From Bacilli bacterium (GTDB lineage: Bacteria; Bacillota_I; Bacilli_A; RFN20; CAG-288): a DNA stretch of 64,000 nt. The position numbers were made by a program, and so were the translations under genes. Under the pieces are notes generated by a model that made no database searches, was not told where the DNA came from, and saw only the letters and a program-made list of their open reading frames with translations. Shown here one piece after another: positions 11,043-19,920 of this stretch. The stretch lies in the NCBI GenBank assembly GCA_017470005.1, contig JAFUFH010000036.1, positions 4,241 through 68,240 on the forward strand. The letters run 5' to 3'. Numbering within the stretch: position 1 is the stretch's first letter; each line of letters opens with the position of its first letter.

Positions 11043-11732
11043 ATGCGTAAAAATGTATTATTTAAACTCGTGTTTAGAGGAGTCGAAACCTTATTAGCTA
11101 TCGTTTCTAGCATCATTCCTTTCTTCATCTACAATATCGCTTCTGATGGCGGAAAACGTTCTCCCTTCCTCTTCTTCACGAACTATTCTGTTTGGCTCGC
11201 TCTTGTAGCAATCTGCTTAAGCTGTGTCTTCTCTCTTCTCATCTATCTCAAGAAGAAAGAAAATACTCCTTCTTGGGTAGAAGGTGTCCGACAAGCGGCA
11301 TTCATCATGGTCTTTGCCACCTTTGTCATCTCCGCCTTTGTTCTTCCTGACAAGATCTGGACCGCTGGATATTGGAACTTCGCCTCTATCTTCAAACACT
11401 TCTTATTACCTATCTTCTTCATGTTTGATGTCATCGCTTTAAGCGAAAAACACAGTGTCAAAGTTTTCTACCCTCTCACCTCTGTTGTCATTCCTCTTCT
11501 CTATTGGTTTGTCGTCATCCTTCGTTTCATGCTTGCAAGAGGTGGAAATCCCTTGCCTGAAGCCAAATGGGACTACTATTATCCTTATGGATTCACCAAT
11601 ATTGATAACGGACATTCCTTAGGTGGATTAATTGGATTATTAGCAGGTATCTTAGTCGGCTTATTAATCGTGGGATACGCTCTTTATTTCTTCGACAAGT
11701 TCGAAGATGGCAAACTCCAATTAAAGAAATAA
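11043..11732 (+). CDS. Six-TM membrane protein, Pr6Pr / FAR-17a-AIG1-like (tentative)
   Basis: Multi-TM protein with FFTNYS and FKHFLLP motifs. The start is set at ATG 11043 (MRKNVLF), which follows GGAGG. The family call is from memory of the motif pattern only. Confidence 0.5.
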   Translation: MRKNVLFKLVFRGVETLLAIVSSIIPFFIYNIASDGGKRSPFLFFTNYSVWLALVAICLSCVFSLLIYLKKKENTPSWVEGVRQAAFIMVFATFVISAFVLPDKIWTAGYWNFASIFKHFLLPIFFMFDVIALSEKHSVKVFYPLTSVVIPLLYWFVVILRFMLARGGNPLPEAKWDYYYPYGFTNIDNGHSLGGLIGLLAGILVGLLIVGYALYFFDKFEDGKLQLKK

Positions 11733-11745
11733 GTTTGTGAACTAT

Positions 11746-11771
11746 GCCGCCTCAATTGAGGCGGTTTTTTC
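11746..11771 (+). terminator. Rho-independent terminator
   Basis: CCGCCTC-AATT-GAGGCGG followed by TTTTTT. Confidence 0.8.
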
Positions 11772-11848
11772 TATCTGTTTCTTTTTAATTTGATAGGTTT
11801 TGTTTGTTTTGGTTTCACTTTATCTTCTTTTTTACTAAAATATATCGT

Positions 11849-12316
11849 ATGAAAAAACAAAGAATATTAGTCTCCGCTTGTTTGCTTGGAGAAAACTGCA
11901 GATACGATGGCAAAAATAACTTGGTCAAAGAACTGAAATCTTTGGCAAAGTATTTTGATTTCGTACCGATTTGCCCCGAAGTGAATGGCGGATTAAAAAT
12001 TCCTAGAAACCCCGCAGAAATTCAAGAAGATAGCGTCATAGATTGCAAAGGTAGAGATGTCACCGAAAATTATTTTGATGGGGCTGTATGGGCAGTATCT
12101 ATTGCCAATCAACTCAATATCAAAATCGCAATTCTAAAAGAAAAATCTCCTTCTTGTGGTGTTAGAAAGATCCACAACGGCAAATTTGATGGTGGTCTCA
12201 TCGATGGTGAAGGATTTACCACCAAACGTTTAAAGAAATATGGCATTCGCGTCCTTTCTGAAGAGGATATCCCTGCTTTGATAGAAGAAATGGAGGCAAA
12301 AGAAAGTGCTCGCTGA
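11849..12316 (+). CDS. DUF523 (YbbK/TudS-like) protein
   Basis: MKKQRILVSACLLGENCRYDG and SPSCG Cys motifs are typical of DUF523. The start is moved to the MKKQ methionine. Confidence 0.7.
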   Translation: MKKQRILVSACLLGENCRYDGKNNLVKELKSLAKYFDFVPICPEVNGGLKIPRNPAEIQEDSVIDCKGRDVTENYFDGAVWAVSIANQLNIKIAILKEKSPSCGVRKIHNGKFDGGLIDGEGFTTKRLKKYGIRVLSEEDIPALIEEMEAKESAR

Positions 12317-13238
12317 TTTTGCTAAATCGATTAAGAACGCACCTGAAATTCGCATTCATATCCAAAAGTTAGAATCAAATCACGAATTAAAAAGAATCAA
12401 ATATGAAGCTCAGCAAAAAAAGAGGTTAGGTATCTTTTTAGCTTGGGCAATTTCTCTAAGTATCACTGCTCTCCTTTTCACTCTGATATATCTTACCAAT
12501 AAATCTTTTCCCCTATCTGCTTTTGGTTTGATTCCTTTTGGAATCGTTTTTGCCCTTCTTTGGTCTTATGGTCTCAGTCAAGGGGCAAACAAACGTTATC
12601 AAACCTATGTGACGCCCGGCGCTGTCAAACTCATATATGGAGAGGAAGCTATCTATAAAGCTGAAGGTGGATTTGAAACCTCGTTTTTAGAAGAGCTCGA
12701 TGAATTTAAAATAAACAATTTAGAACAAGAAGATTGGATTGATGGTTATTTTGAAGGGGTTCATTGCACGATGGGAGACGTCAGTTCTTATCATTATTCC
12801 TCTTCCAAAAACGGCACAAACAGAGTATATGATTTTAGGGGAACCATCATGGTGTTCGATTTAAACAAAACCGCTAGTGAAACCTTGATTGTCCGTGAAG
12901 GAATCCACTTATTCAAAGGGAAAGGGCTCAAATATGGATCTGAGGAGTTTTCTCAGTACTTCAAAACCTATTGTGAGAACGAATTCAACGCTTCTTATAT
13001 TCTTACTCCAGAGATGCAAAAAGGAATCTTAGATATTCGTAAAACGATTTCTGGTAACCTCACCCTCATCTTTAGAGGAAACAAGTTAATTTTAATCCGC
13101 AATGGTAGAACTATCGATTTCCACTTAGATTTGAAGAAAGATGATGCATTTAATTTCAATATCATCATCGATGCCATCATTCCTATGGCTTATGTTGTCA
13201 AAAAATTAAATTTAGATATCCCATATTATTCCGATTAA
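12306..13238 (+). CDS. DUF3137-like membrane protein
   Basis: 310 aa with two central-N-terminal TM helices followed by a soluble domain. It has a GTG start overlapping the upstream stop. The family call is tentative. Confidence 0.5.
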   Translation: MLADFAKSIKNAPEIRIHIQKLESNHELKRIKYEAQQKKRLGIFLAWAISLSITALLFTLIYLTNKSFPLSAFGLIPFGIVFALLWSYGLSQGANKRYQTYVTPGAVKLIYGEEAIYKAEGGFETSFLEELDEFKINNLEQEDWIDGYFEGVHCTMGDVSSYHYSSSKNGTNRVYDFRGTIMVFDLNKTASETLIVREGIHLFKGKGLKYGSEEFSQYFKTYCENEFNASYILTPEMQKGILDIRKTISGNLTLIFRGNKLILIRNGRTIDFHLDLKKDDAFNFNIIIDAIIPMAYVVKKLNLDIPYYSD

Positions 13239-13250
13239 ACAGGACTTTGT

Positions 13251-14234
13251 ATGAAAGACTTTAAAATTGCAGGTATTACTCTCAACAATCCCTTTGTCAG
13301 CGCTCCTCTTGCTGGTTACACGGATTACGCCATGCGTAAAATGTGTGCAGACTATGGAGCGGCTTTAACCTACACGGAAATGGAGTCTTGTGAGTCCCTT
13401 TATTATTCCTCGAAACAAACCTATCTTGATTTAGATGCTACAAAACTAGATAAACAAAACACCAAGGCAAAATTAGCTTTGCAAATCTTTGGGGGAAAGA
13501 GCGATATCGTATTAAAATCGATTCCTTTATTTGAAAAGAATGGGGCGTATGATTTCCTAGATTTCAATGTCGGTTGCCCTGTTCCTAAGGTAGTAAGGCA
13601 AAATGCAGGAAGTGCTTGGTTAAATCGTCCCGAGGAATTGATTTCTCTTCTAAAAGAGATGGTAAAAATATCCTCAAAACCTGTGATTGTGAAAATCCGT
13701 ATTGGTTTTGATCATTTTATGGATATTGTTTCGCTTTGCAAACAAATGGAAGAAGTTGGGGTTCAAGCCATTGCCGTTCACGGCCGTCTACGTTCAGAAT
13801 ATTTCATGGGTTCTGTTCATTATGATGTGATCAAAGATATCAAAAACGCTCTTTCCATCCCTGTTATTGCTAACGGAAACATTTGTGAAACAAACTTCCA
13901 GGATGTTTTAAACGCAACTGGTGCTGATGCCGTTATGATTGGTCAAAGAGCAATCGGATATCCCAAAGTTTTCGAGGATATGAATCGCCTTTGGAACGGA
14001 GAGAAACCTTTCCCCACAACGATAAGTTCTCAAATCCAAGATTTCAAAAAGCATTTGGATTTAATTTTTGATACCAAAGACGAGCATTCCGCCTCTTCTA
14101 TCATGCGCTCTTTCGCGGTGAATTACATCAAAGGTTTTGATAATGTGAAGAAGTACCGTGCTCAATTGGTGCATTGTGAAACCAAGCAAGAATACCTAGA
14201 TATTTTAAACAATATGCAAGCCGAGAAAATTTGA
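13251..14234 (+). CDS. dus: tRNA-dihydrouridine synthase
   Basis: 327 aa with SAPLAGYTD, FNVGCP, and a TIM-barrel Dus pattern. Confidence 0.85.
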   Translation: MKDFKIAGITLNNPFVSAPLAGYTDYAMRKMCADYGAALTYTEMESCESLYYSSKQTYLDLDATKLDKQNTKAKLALQIFGGKSDIVLKSIPLFEKNGAYDFLDFNVGCPVPKVVRQNAGSAWLNRPEELISLLKEMVKISSKPVIVKIRIGFDHFMDIVSLCKQMEEVGVQAIAVHGRLRSEYFMGSVHYDVIKDIKNALSIPVIANGNICETNFQDVLNATGADAVMIGQRAIGYPKVFEDMNRLWNGEKPFPTTISSQIQDFKKHLDLIFDTKDEHSASSIMRSFAVNYIKGFDNVKKYRAQLVHCETKQEYLDILNNMQAEKI

Positions 14235-14294
14235 AATAAAGTTACGTAATTTTTTAATGTAATTAAAAAAATTAAATAGTAAAATAATTGTGTT

Positions 14295-15080
14295 ATGAGC
14301 AACAAAAACCGTGACGAAGAGATCTTACAGCTATTAGAAGAGAGTCCTAGCCAATTTGTTTCTGTCGAATCTTTGGCCCAATATTTTAAAACTAGTGAGT
14401 CAACGATACGAAGAACCCTTCAAAGGATGTCTTCTCAACATAAATTGATTCGTGTTCACGGAGGCGCCACTTCTCTTCACTTCTCTGGTAACTTCCGATT
14501 CGATAGACTCGACAAAGAATATCTAGAACGTGAAAGAACAGAACCAAACACTAAACGAATCATCGCCAAAAAAGCGGCTAGCTATGTCAAAGATCATCTT
14601 TGCATCTACATGGATGCTTCTACTACCGTAGCTAGTATGATTGATTTTATCCCTCCGCTAAAAAACACCTATTTTGTTACAAATTCCCCTACTCTTGCTC
14701 AAAAACTAGAAGAAAGAGGCTTCACTTGTTATGTCACAGGTGGAGAATTAAAAATATCCACCAACGCATTCATTGGCTCTTACGCTCTCGACTTCTTAAA
14801 GAGATTCAATTTCGATATTGGTTTCTTTGGAACCAACGGAATTCATCCTCAAGCAAAATTCTCGACTCCAGACCCTCAAGAGTGTATGATTAAATCTGCT
14901 GTTATTTCAAAATGCTATTCTATCTTTATCTTAGCTGATCACAGCAAATTTGATAACATCGCTACCGCCACCTTCTCAGACTTTGCTAGACCTACTCTCA
15001 TCACAGATTATGCAAATGATGTCTATAAAAGTCTCCTCAAAATTATTGAAGTAGAACCACAAAAAGGAGAACAAAAATGA
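14295..15080 (+). CDS. fruR: DeoR family transcriptional regulator (FruR-like)
   Basis: An N-terminal DeoR HTH and a C-terminal sugar-phosphate sensor domain. It overlaps the following pfkB-family kinase. Confidence 0.8.
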   Translation: MSNKNRDEEILQLLEESPSQFVSVESLAQYFKTSESTIRRTLQRMSSQHKLIRVHGGATSLHFSGNFRFDRLDKEYLERERTEPNTKRIIAKKAASYVKDHLCIYMDASTTVASMIDFIPPLKNTYFVTNSPTLAQKLEERGFTCYVTGGELKISTNAFIGSYALDFLKRFNFDIGFFGTNGIHPQAKFSTPDPQECMIKSAVISKCYSIFILADHSKFDNIATATFSDFARPTLITDYANDVYKSLLKIIEVEPQKGEQK

Positions 15081-16006
15081 TTTATTCACTAACCATTGCC
15101 CCCGCATTAGACTATTCCTTGTCCATGGGGGATAAACCAATCAAAACGGATGGTGTCAACCGTCCTAGAAATGATGGTTTTTCTATTGGTGGAAAAGGTA
15201 TCACTGTTTCTATGATGTTGAAAAACTTAAAGATGGATTCCACACCTATCGTTGCTTTAGGCGGAAGTGTTGGTAACGATTTAAAGAACATGATCGAAGA
15301 AATCTTTGATAACACCATCTACTTAGATACCATCGGTAATTCTAGAATCGATGTTCTTATCACTGGTTCTATCCACGATCTTCGTTTTGATCCCGCTGCA
15401 CCTAAGATTGCGGATGAAGGTTTAGAATATCTCTTTAAGTATTTCAAAGAACATTTAAAGAAAGAAGATATCGTGGTTCTCTCTGGTTCTTTAGGACAAG
15501 AAAAGAAAGATTTATATAAAGAAATCATCCATGAATGTATCAACCCTGTCGGTGCTAAAGTCATCTTAGACACCGTAGGTGAGGGTCTTACTTGCGCCTT
15601 AGAAGAACATCCCTTCATGATTAAACCTAACGATGAAGAATTAGGTGATCTCATCGGAAAAGAAATGAACACCGATTTGGATATCCTTGCTGGTGGGGAA
15701 GAATTAAAAAAGATGGGTCCTCAGACCGTTTTAGTCACCATGGGTAAGAAAGGCGCCTATTATTTTGCAGAAGATGGACACATCTATCGTTGTTCTAACG
15801 CAAAAGGCACCCAAATCTCCGCTGTTGGTGCAGGTGATTCCTCTATTGCCGGTTTCATCAAAGGCTTAGCAGAAGGTGTCAGCATTGAAGAGAGACTTCA
15901 ATTCTCCATGGCAGCTGGCGGAGCCACCGCTTTCTCTGAACATTTGGGTTCTTATGAACTTTGGGAATCCCTCTTGCCTCAGATCAAAGTAGAACTTGTA
16001 AAATAA
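15077..16006 (+). CDS. fruK: 1-phosphofructokinase (PfkB family)
   Basis: 309 aa with a PfkB signature near the C-terminus (GAGDSSIAGF). It is coupled to the DeoR regulator. Confidence 0.8.
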   Translation: MIYSLTIAPALDYSLSMGDKPIKTDGVNRPRNDGFSIGGKGITVSMMLKNLKMDSTPIVALGGSVGNDLKNMIEEIFDNTIYLDTIGNSRIDVLITGSIHDLRFDPAAPKIADEGLEYLFKYFKEHLKKEDIVVLSGSLGQEKKDLYKEIIHECINPVGAKVILDTVGEGLTCALEEHPFMIKPNDEELGDLIGKEMNTDLDILAGGEELKKMGPQTVLVTMGKKGAYYFAEDGHIYRCSNAKGTQISAVGAGDSSIAGFIKGLAEGVSIEERLQFSMAAGGATAFSEHLGSYELWESLLPQIKVELVK

Positions 16007-16025
16007 TTTCCTATATCACTAAAAT

Positions 16026-16057
16026 AAGATGGCCTCGAATAGAAGCCATCTTTTTTC
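16026..16057. terminator. Bidirectional terminator between fruK and the convergent epimerase gene
   Basis: AAGATGGC...GCCATCTT stem with T-runs on both strands. Confidence 0.7.
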
Positions 16058-16062
16058 TTTTC

Positions 16063-16938
16063 TTAATTATCAACCTCAATTTTATAACTGAAGTTGTAAA
16101 TATCATTTGGAGGAAGTATATGAATACCTTTCTTCTTAGAAATCTCTCTTTCCGGTTGAACATAATCCGGAATTCCGTTCCAAGGTTCAATCGCAAGATA
16201 ATCACTCCACTGTCTATCAGACCAAAGAGCAAGATAATCGCTGTGATTCGAATACAGAGAGAGTATAGACCCATCTGTTTTATGAAGCGTGATTTTATCG
16301 ATATCTTTTCCCAAAAGAATAATTGTATTAATCTCATTAAATAATTCTTTAGAAATATCGATTCTATCCGTATCTAAGTAGGGAATTTCTTCAATATTGA
16401 AAGAAAAAGTCTCTTCTTGTAAAAGTCTTCTCAGCTTCATTTTGTGGTCAAAAGTAATATAGTTTCCTGAGATATCGAAATAATTATCTTTCTTTTCGCC
16501 AGGAACTTTAAAGGCGGGGTGTCCTCCCACCATAAAAGGCATATCTACAGGAGATAGATTTTGAATCTCATAACGAACAGTCAGACTTTTATTCTCTAAA
16601 TGATAATATGCTTTTGCGCTCCACTGAAATGGATAGCGAGTCTGCGTTTCTTCGTTAGAACGGAAGGAAATAACAATATCTCCATTGATAATATTTTCTT
16701 CTCCCATCATATAACGAATTAAGCCATGATTCTTAAATTCATATTCTTTTCCTTGATGTGTATACTTTCCACCTACTAATCTAGCAATAAAGGGAAAAAT
16801 AAATACATCCTGACCTTGCCAACCGTTTTCAACGGGTTGGTAAAGAAGCTCTACATTTCTTTTCTTATCATAAATAGAATGTAGGCATCCTCCTTTAGGA
16901 TTCGTTTCAACTGCTAAAAATTCATTTTCGATTCTCAT
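16063..16938 (-). CDS. Aldose 1-epimerase family protein (LacX-like)
   Basis: 291 aa with a GGHPAF motif and a mutarotase-like pattern. Confidence 0.75.
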   Translation of the reverse strand: MRIENEFLAVETNPKGGCLHSIYDKKRNVELLYQPVENGWQGQDVFIFPFIARLVGGKYTHQGKEYEFKNHGLIRYMMGEENIINGDIVISFRSNEETQTRYPFQWSAKAYYHLENKSLTVRYEIQNLSPVDMPFMVGGHPAFKVPGEKKDNYFDISGNYITFDHKMKLRRLLQEETFSFNIEEIPYLDTDRIDISKELFNEINTIILLGKDIDKITLHKTDGSILSLYSNHSDYLALWSDRQWSDYLAIEPWNGIPDYVQPEREISKKKGIHILPPNDIYNFSYKIEVDN

Positions 16939-16939
16939 A

Positions 16940-17887
16940 TCATCTTCCTCCCTTTGAAAGTTCCTTCTTAAATGTGGAATATTCTACATATTCAATGTCG
17001 GGGTTAATCTTTTTATAATCTAATTGCTTCACATCCTTTTGAGAAAGGACAACAATCTGTGTTTCTTTCAAATTCTTTGTGATCTTTGCCCCGCGAAAAT
17101 AGATCTCTTTTTTATGGTGGAGTAAATAGTCTAACTCTTCTGACAACACAATGTTATCAAAGAAAAATGTTTTCTCGTAAAAGAAAGGATTATAAAGATT
17201 ACTATTTGGTTTAACACCATCATTTTTCATCAGTTCACTCACTTTTTTAGCATGAGTGGCATGCGCTTGTTTTTGTCTTTTTCTTCTTGCGATAGTCTCC
17301 ACAAGAGTCATTGTATCATTTATGGATTGTGGATATTTTTTTAAGACTTGTTCGACAGTTAGTTGATTGCTATCTAACAGAGCTTTAAACACTTCCATCG
17401 TCATCAAAGCATCGTCATCAGAACGGTGGTAAGTGAAAGACTGAACCTGGTATTCTTCTACCAAATGATCTAATCCAGACAAATTCTTTCTTTGATTTAA
17501 TTGTTTTTCCATACTTTGAATATCAAAAAACTTAAAATCAATCAAAGGTAAATGATACCTTTGACAAGTGTAAGAGATATAAGACACATCTTGATTGACG
17601 GCAAAGCCAAAACAAATCGTATCTTTATCTTCTAATAAACGCTTGATTTCCTGGTAATAAGAAGGAAATGTGTGCGCCCACTTAAAACGGAAAAGAGGAT
17701 AAGCCAAATGGATTCCTTGACCTGTTTTTGCATTTCCTAAAAGGAAGGGCGCATTAGGATCAATCAGGATATCCTTCTTTTTAAGAACATGAAACTCTTC
17801 ATCGGTTTTTACATAACCGAGAGAACACATTTTTCCCTCTCCATTGAGGCAATTGGCACATTCTACATCGAAGAAAACATAAAACAT
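16940..17887 (-). CDS. DEDDh 3'-5' exonuclease with BRCT-like C-terminal region
   Basis: FFDVECAN (Exo I), a central D motif, and HRSDDDA (Exo III, H-x4-D). The C-terminal ~80 aa look BRCT-like. Confidence 0.6.
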   Translation of the reverse strand: MFYVFFDVECANCLNGEGKMCSLGYVKTDEEFHVLKKKDILIDPNAPFLLGNAKTGQGIHLAYPLFRFKWAHTFPSYYQEIKRLLEDKDTICFGFAVNQDVSYISYTCQRYHLPLIDFKFFDIQSMEKQLNQRKNLSGLDHLVEEYQVQSFTYHRSDDDALMTMEVFKALLDSNQLTVEQVLKKYPQSINDTMTLVETIARRKRQKQAHATHAKKVSELMKNDGVKPNSNLYNPFFYEKTFFFDNIVLSEELDYLLHHKKEIYFRGAKITKNLKETQIVVLSQKDVKQLDYKKINPDIEYVEYSTFKKELSKGGR

Positions 17888-17949
17888 ACAAACATATTGT
17901 GAGACAAGAATATCTTTTTTACAAGAAACTTTTTCTTTATAATGATGTC

Positions 17950-18609
17950 ATGAAAAAAGAAGAACTACTCAAAGGTATCAAAAATGTCATCTTCGACATG
18001 GATGGTACTCTCATCGACTCCTTAAGTATGTGGTCTGATATTGATGTCCGCTTCTTTCAAGAGCATCATATGGAAGTTCCCAAAGACTATGACAAAAGAA
18101 TTGCTCATATGAATTTTATGGAGATGGCTCAATTCACTAAGGATGAATATGGCTTTGAAGAAAGCGTAGAAGAAATTGCGTTCATGTGGACTACTTGGGC
18201 ACAAGAGGCATATGAGAAAACTTTGTTAGCTAAACCTGGAGCCAAAGAGTTCTTAGCCTATTGCAAAAGCAAAGGAATGCAAATCTCTTTAGCTACCACA
18301 AACAAAAGAGAACTATATGAGCCTTGCCTAGAAAATAACAATATGTGGCAATATTTTGACTTTTGCATGAATGTCAATGAGATAGGATCCACAAAATCAG
18401 AACCCAAGATTTATTTGTTATTAGCTGAAAAAATGGGGTCTAAGCCTGAAGAAACTATGGTATTTGAGGATATTCTTCAAGCAGTGAAAACAGCAAAAAA
18501 TGCAGGGTTTAAAGTCACGGCAGTTTACGATAAAAGAAATGAAGCTGATTTAGAAGAAATTCAAAATAATTGCGATTTCTTCCTAGAATCTTATGAGACA
18601 TTAGAATGA
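17950..18609 (+). CDS. HAD-superfamily hydrolase (beta-phosphoglucomutase-like subfamily IA)
   Basis: DMDGTLIDS motif I, a TTN motif, and a distal ED motif. The start is moved to MKKEELLKG. Confidence 0.8.
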   Translation: MKKEELLKGIKNVIFDMDGTLIDSLSMWSDIDVRFFQEHHMEVPKDYDKRIAHMNFMEMAQFTKDEYGFEESVEEIAFMWTTWAQEAYEKTLLAKPGAKEFLAYCKSKGMQISLATTNKRELYEPCLENNNMWQYFDFCMNVNEIGSTKSEPKIYLLLAEKMGSKPEETMVFEDILQAVKTAKNAGFKVTAVYDKRNEADLEEIQNNCDFFLESYETLE

Positions 18610-18630
18610 GAGAAATCTCATTCTTTTTTA
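18605..18630 (+). terminator. Rho-independent terminator after the HAD gene
   Basis: AATGAGA-GAAA-TCTCATT followed by a T-run. Confidence 0.7.
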
Positions 18631-18776
18631 GTGGTTTTTCCTATGATATTTCAAAAAATCATTTATTTACTTTATTAGGATTTTAAAAAGCCATTTACTG
18701 GTTCCTAAAAGACATAAATTAAGTAAATGACTTTTATATAGCAATTATTATACTTTTATTGTTTTTATTAAATTGG

Positions 18777-19619
18777 TTATAGACTATTCCACCCTTGATA
18801 AGCAGCTTCTAAAAGTTCTTTACTTGCTTGCCCTTGTTGGAAATACTCTTGCAAATCCGTTGAAGTGTTAGCTTTTTCGTCATAAACAAAGAGGGCATAA
18901 TTTCTTCCTTCTTTCGGCGAAAACTCAAAATCAGATAATTGTACATTTTGTTTCCACCACTTTTTATAATAATCGTTACTTAGCTTTTGATTTTTCATCA
19001 TCAAAAGGTGGGTGCTTTCTTTGGAATATAAGACTTCTCCATAGACAGCATATTCTTCTGAATGATAATTGTTATCAAATGGTTCGAATTCTTTCTCAAA
19101 TCCACAATAAGTATTTATCGCCTCTCGAATTAATCCGCTTTGTTTTTCTTCATATAGTTTAGAGTAAACATTGTATAAAGAACATTTAGTCTTATTATCG
19201 TATTCCAAGGAATATTCGTCACCTCCTATATAGAGTAGACTAAGCTTTTCATATCTTGGACTCACATAAAGATTAAATAGCGAGTAGATAGGGTCTGGTT
19301 TTTCTTCAGAAGGAGTCACACGAAAATCAATTCTTTCCATCACTTGCGGAAAGAGCGTCTCTGTTCCATCCATAGTACAAGTTTCGCAAGAATAAAGAAC
19401 ATTATGTCTTAATAATTCTTGATATTCTTTTCGATATTGTGTTACTGGCACCTCTACATAAGGAAGGTATTCGAAATTGAAACGGATATAATTCACATCT
19501 TCCACTTTTTCTTTATGAGTTCTGTTGATATATAAACCCAATCTTTCTCTTTTCATTCCATCCCCACAAGAAGAAAGGAGAAGTAATCCTAAAGATAATA
19601 AAATAACTGACTTTTTCAT
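18777..19619 (-). CDS. Hypothetical lipoprotein
   Basis: 280 aa with a signal peptide and lipobox LSSC. No family recognised. Confidence 0.6.
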   Translation of the reverse strand: MKKSVILLSLGLLLLSSCGDGMKRERLGLYINRTHKEKVEDVNYIRFNFEYLPYVEVPVTQYRKEYQELLRHNVLYSCETCTMDGTETLFPQVMERIDFRVTPSEEKPDPIYSLFNLYVSPRYEKLSLLYIGGDEYSLEYDNKTKCSLYNVYSKLYEEKQSGLIREAINTYCGFEKEFEPFDNNYHSEEYAVYGEVLYSKESTHLLMMKNQKLSNDYYKKWWKQNVQLSDFEFSPKEGRNYALFVYDEKANTSTDLQEYFQQGQASKELLEAAYQGWNSL

Positions 19620-19810
19620 AACTTTTTACACCAAACTGTGTCTTTCCCTCCTCTTTTTTTCTATATTATAAAATTTTTCAAAAAAAATAAACCTAAAGTT
19701 TTTCCATGATACACGGTGCTTCCATTTCTTGTTCTAATGTGAAATATCTTAATTCGTCCTTTTTTTCTTTATTTTAAATATTTAAATATATAAAATAGTA
19801 TAGCGAATTG

Positions 19811-19902
19811 TTCAGGGGAGTAGTTGGCAATCTATCATTCGTCAGCACGAGGGTTGAATAACCCTTCCGGATGATAGCCGCAAGCGGCAATGAGACCTGG
19901 AG
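19811..19902 (+). ncRNA. yybP-ykoY (Mn2+) riboswitch
   Basis: The 5' side reads CAGGGGAGTAG and the 3' side reads GGCAATGAGACCTGG. These match the two conserved halves of the yybP-ykoY motif (GGGGAGUAG ... AAGACC). The element ends 6 nt before the AAGGAG RBS of the ATPase gene. Confidence 0.85.
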
Positions 19903-19920
19903 ATAAAAAGGAGTTCATTC

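Noticed and set aside
14295-16006. fruR-fruK lacking the usual downstream PTS fructose gene fruA as a sign of operon decay.
   Set aside because: Both genes are intact and end at a clean terminator. The transporter could be encoded elsewhere, so absence within one window is not evidence of decay.
15961-16344. Two overlapping ~110-127-aa ORFs spanning the fruK terminator and the 3' end of the epimerase gene.
   Set aside because: They overlap a well-supported aldose-epimerase ORF and cross a terminator hairpin. Their composition is Ile/Phe/Arg-rich, typical of AT-rich off-frames.
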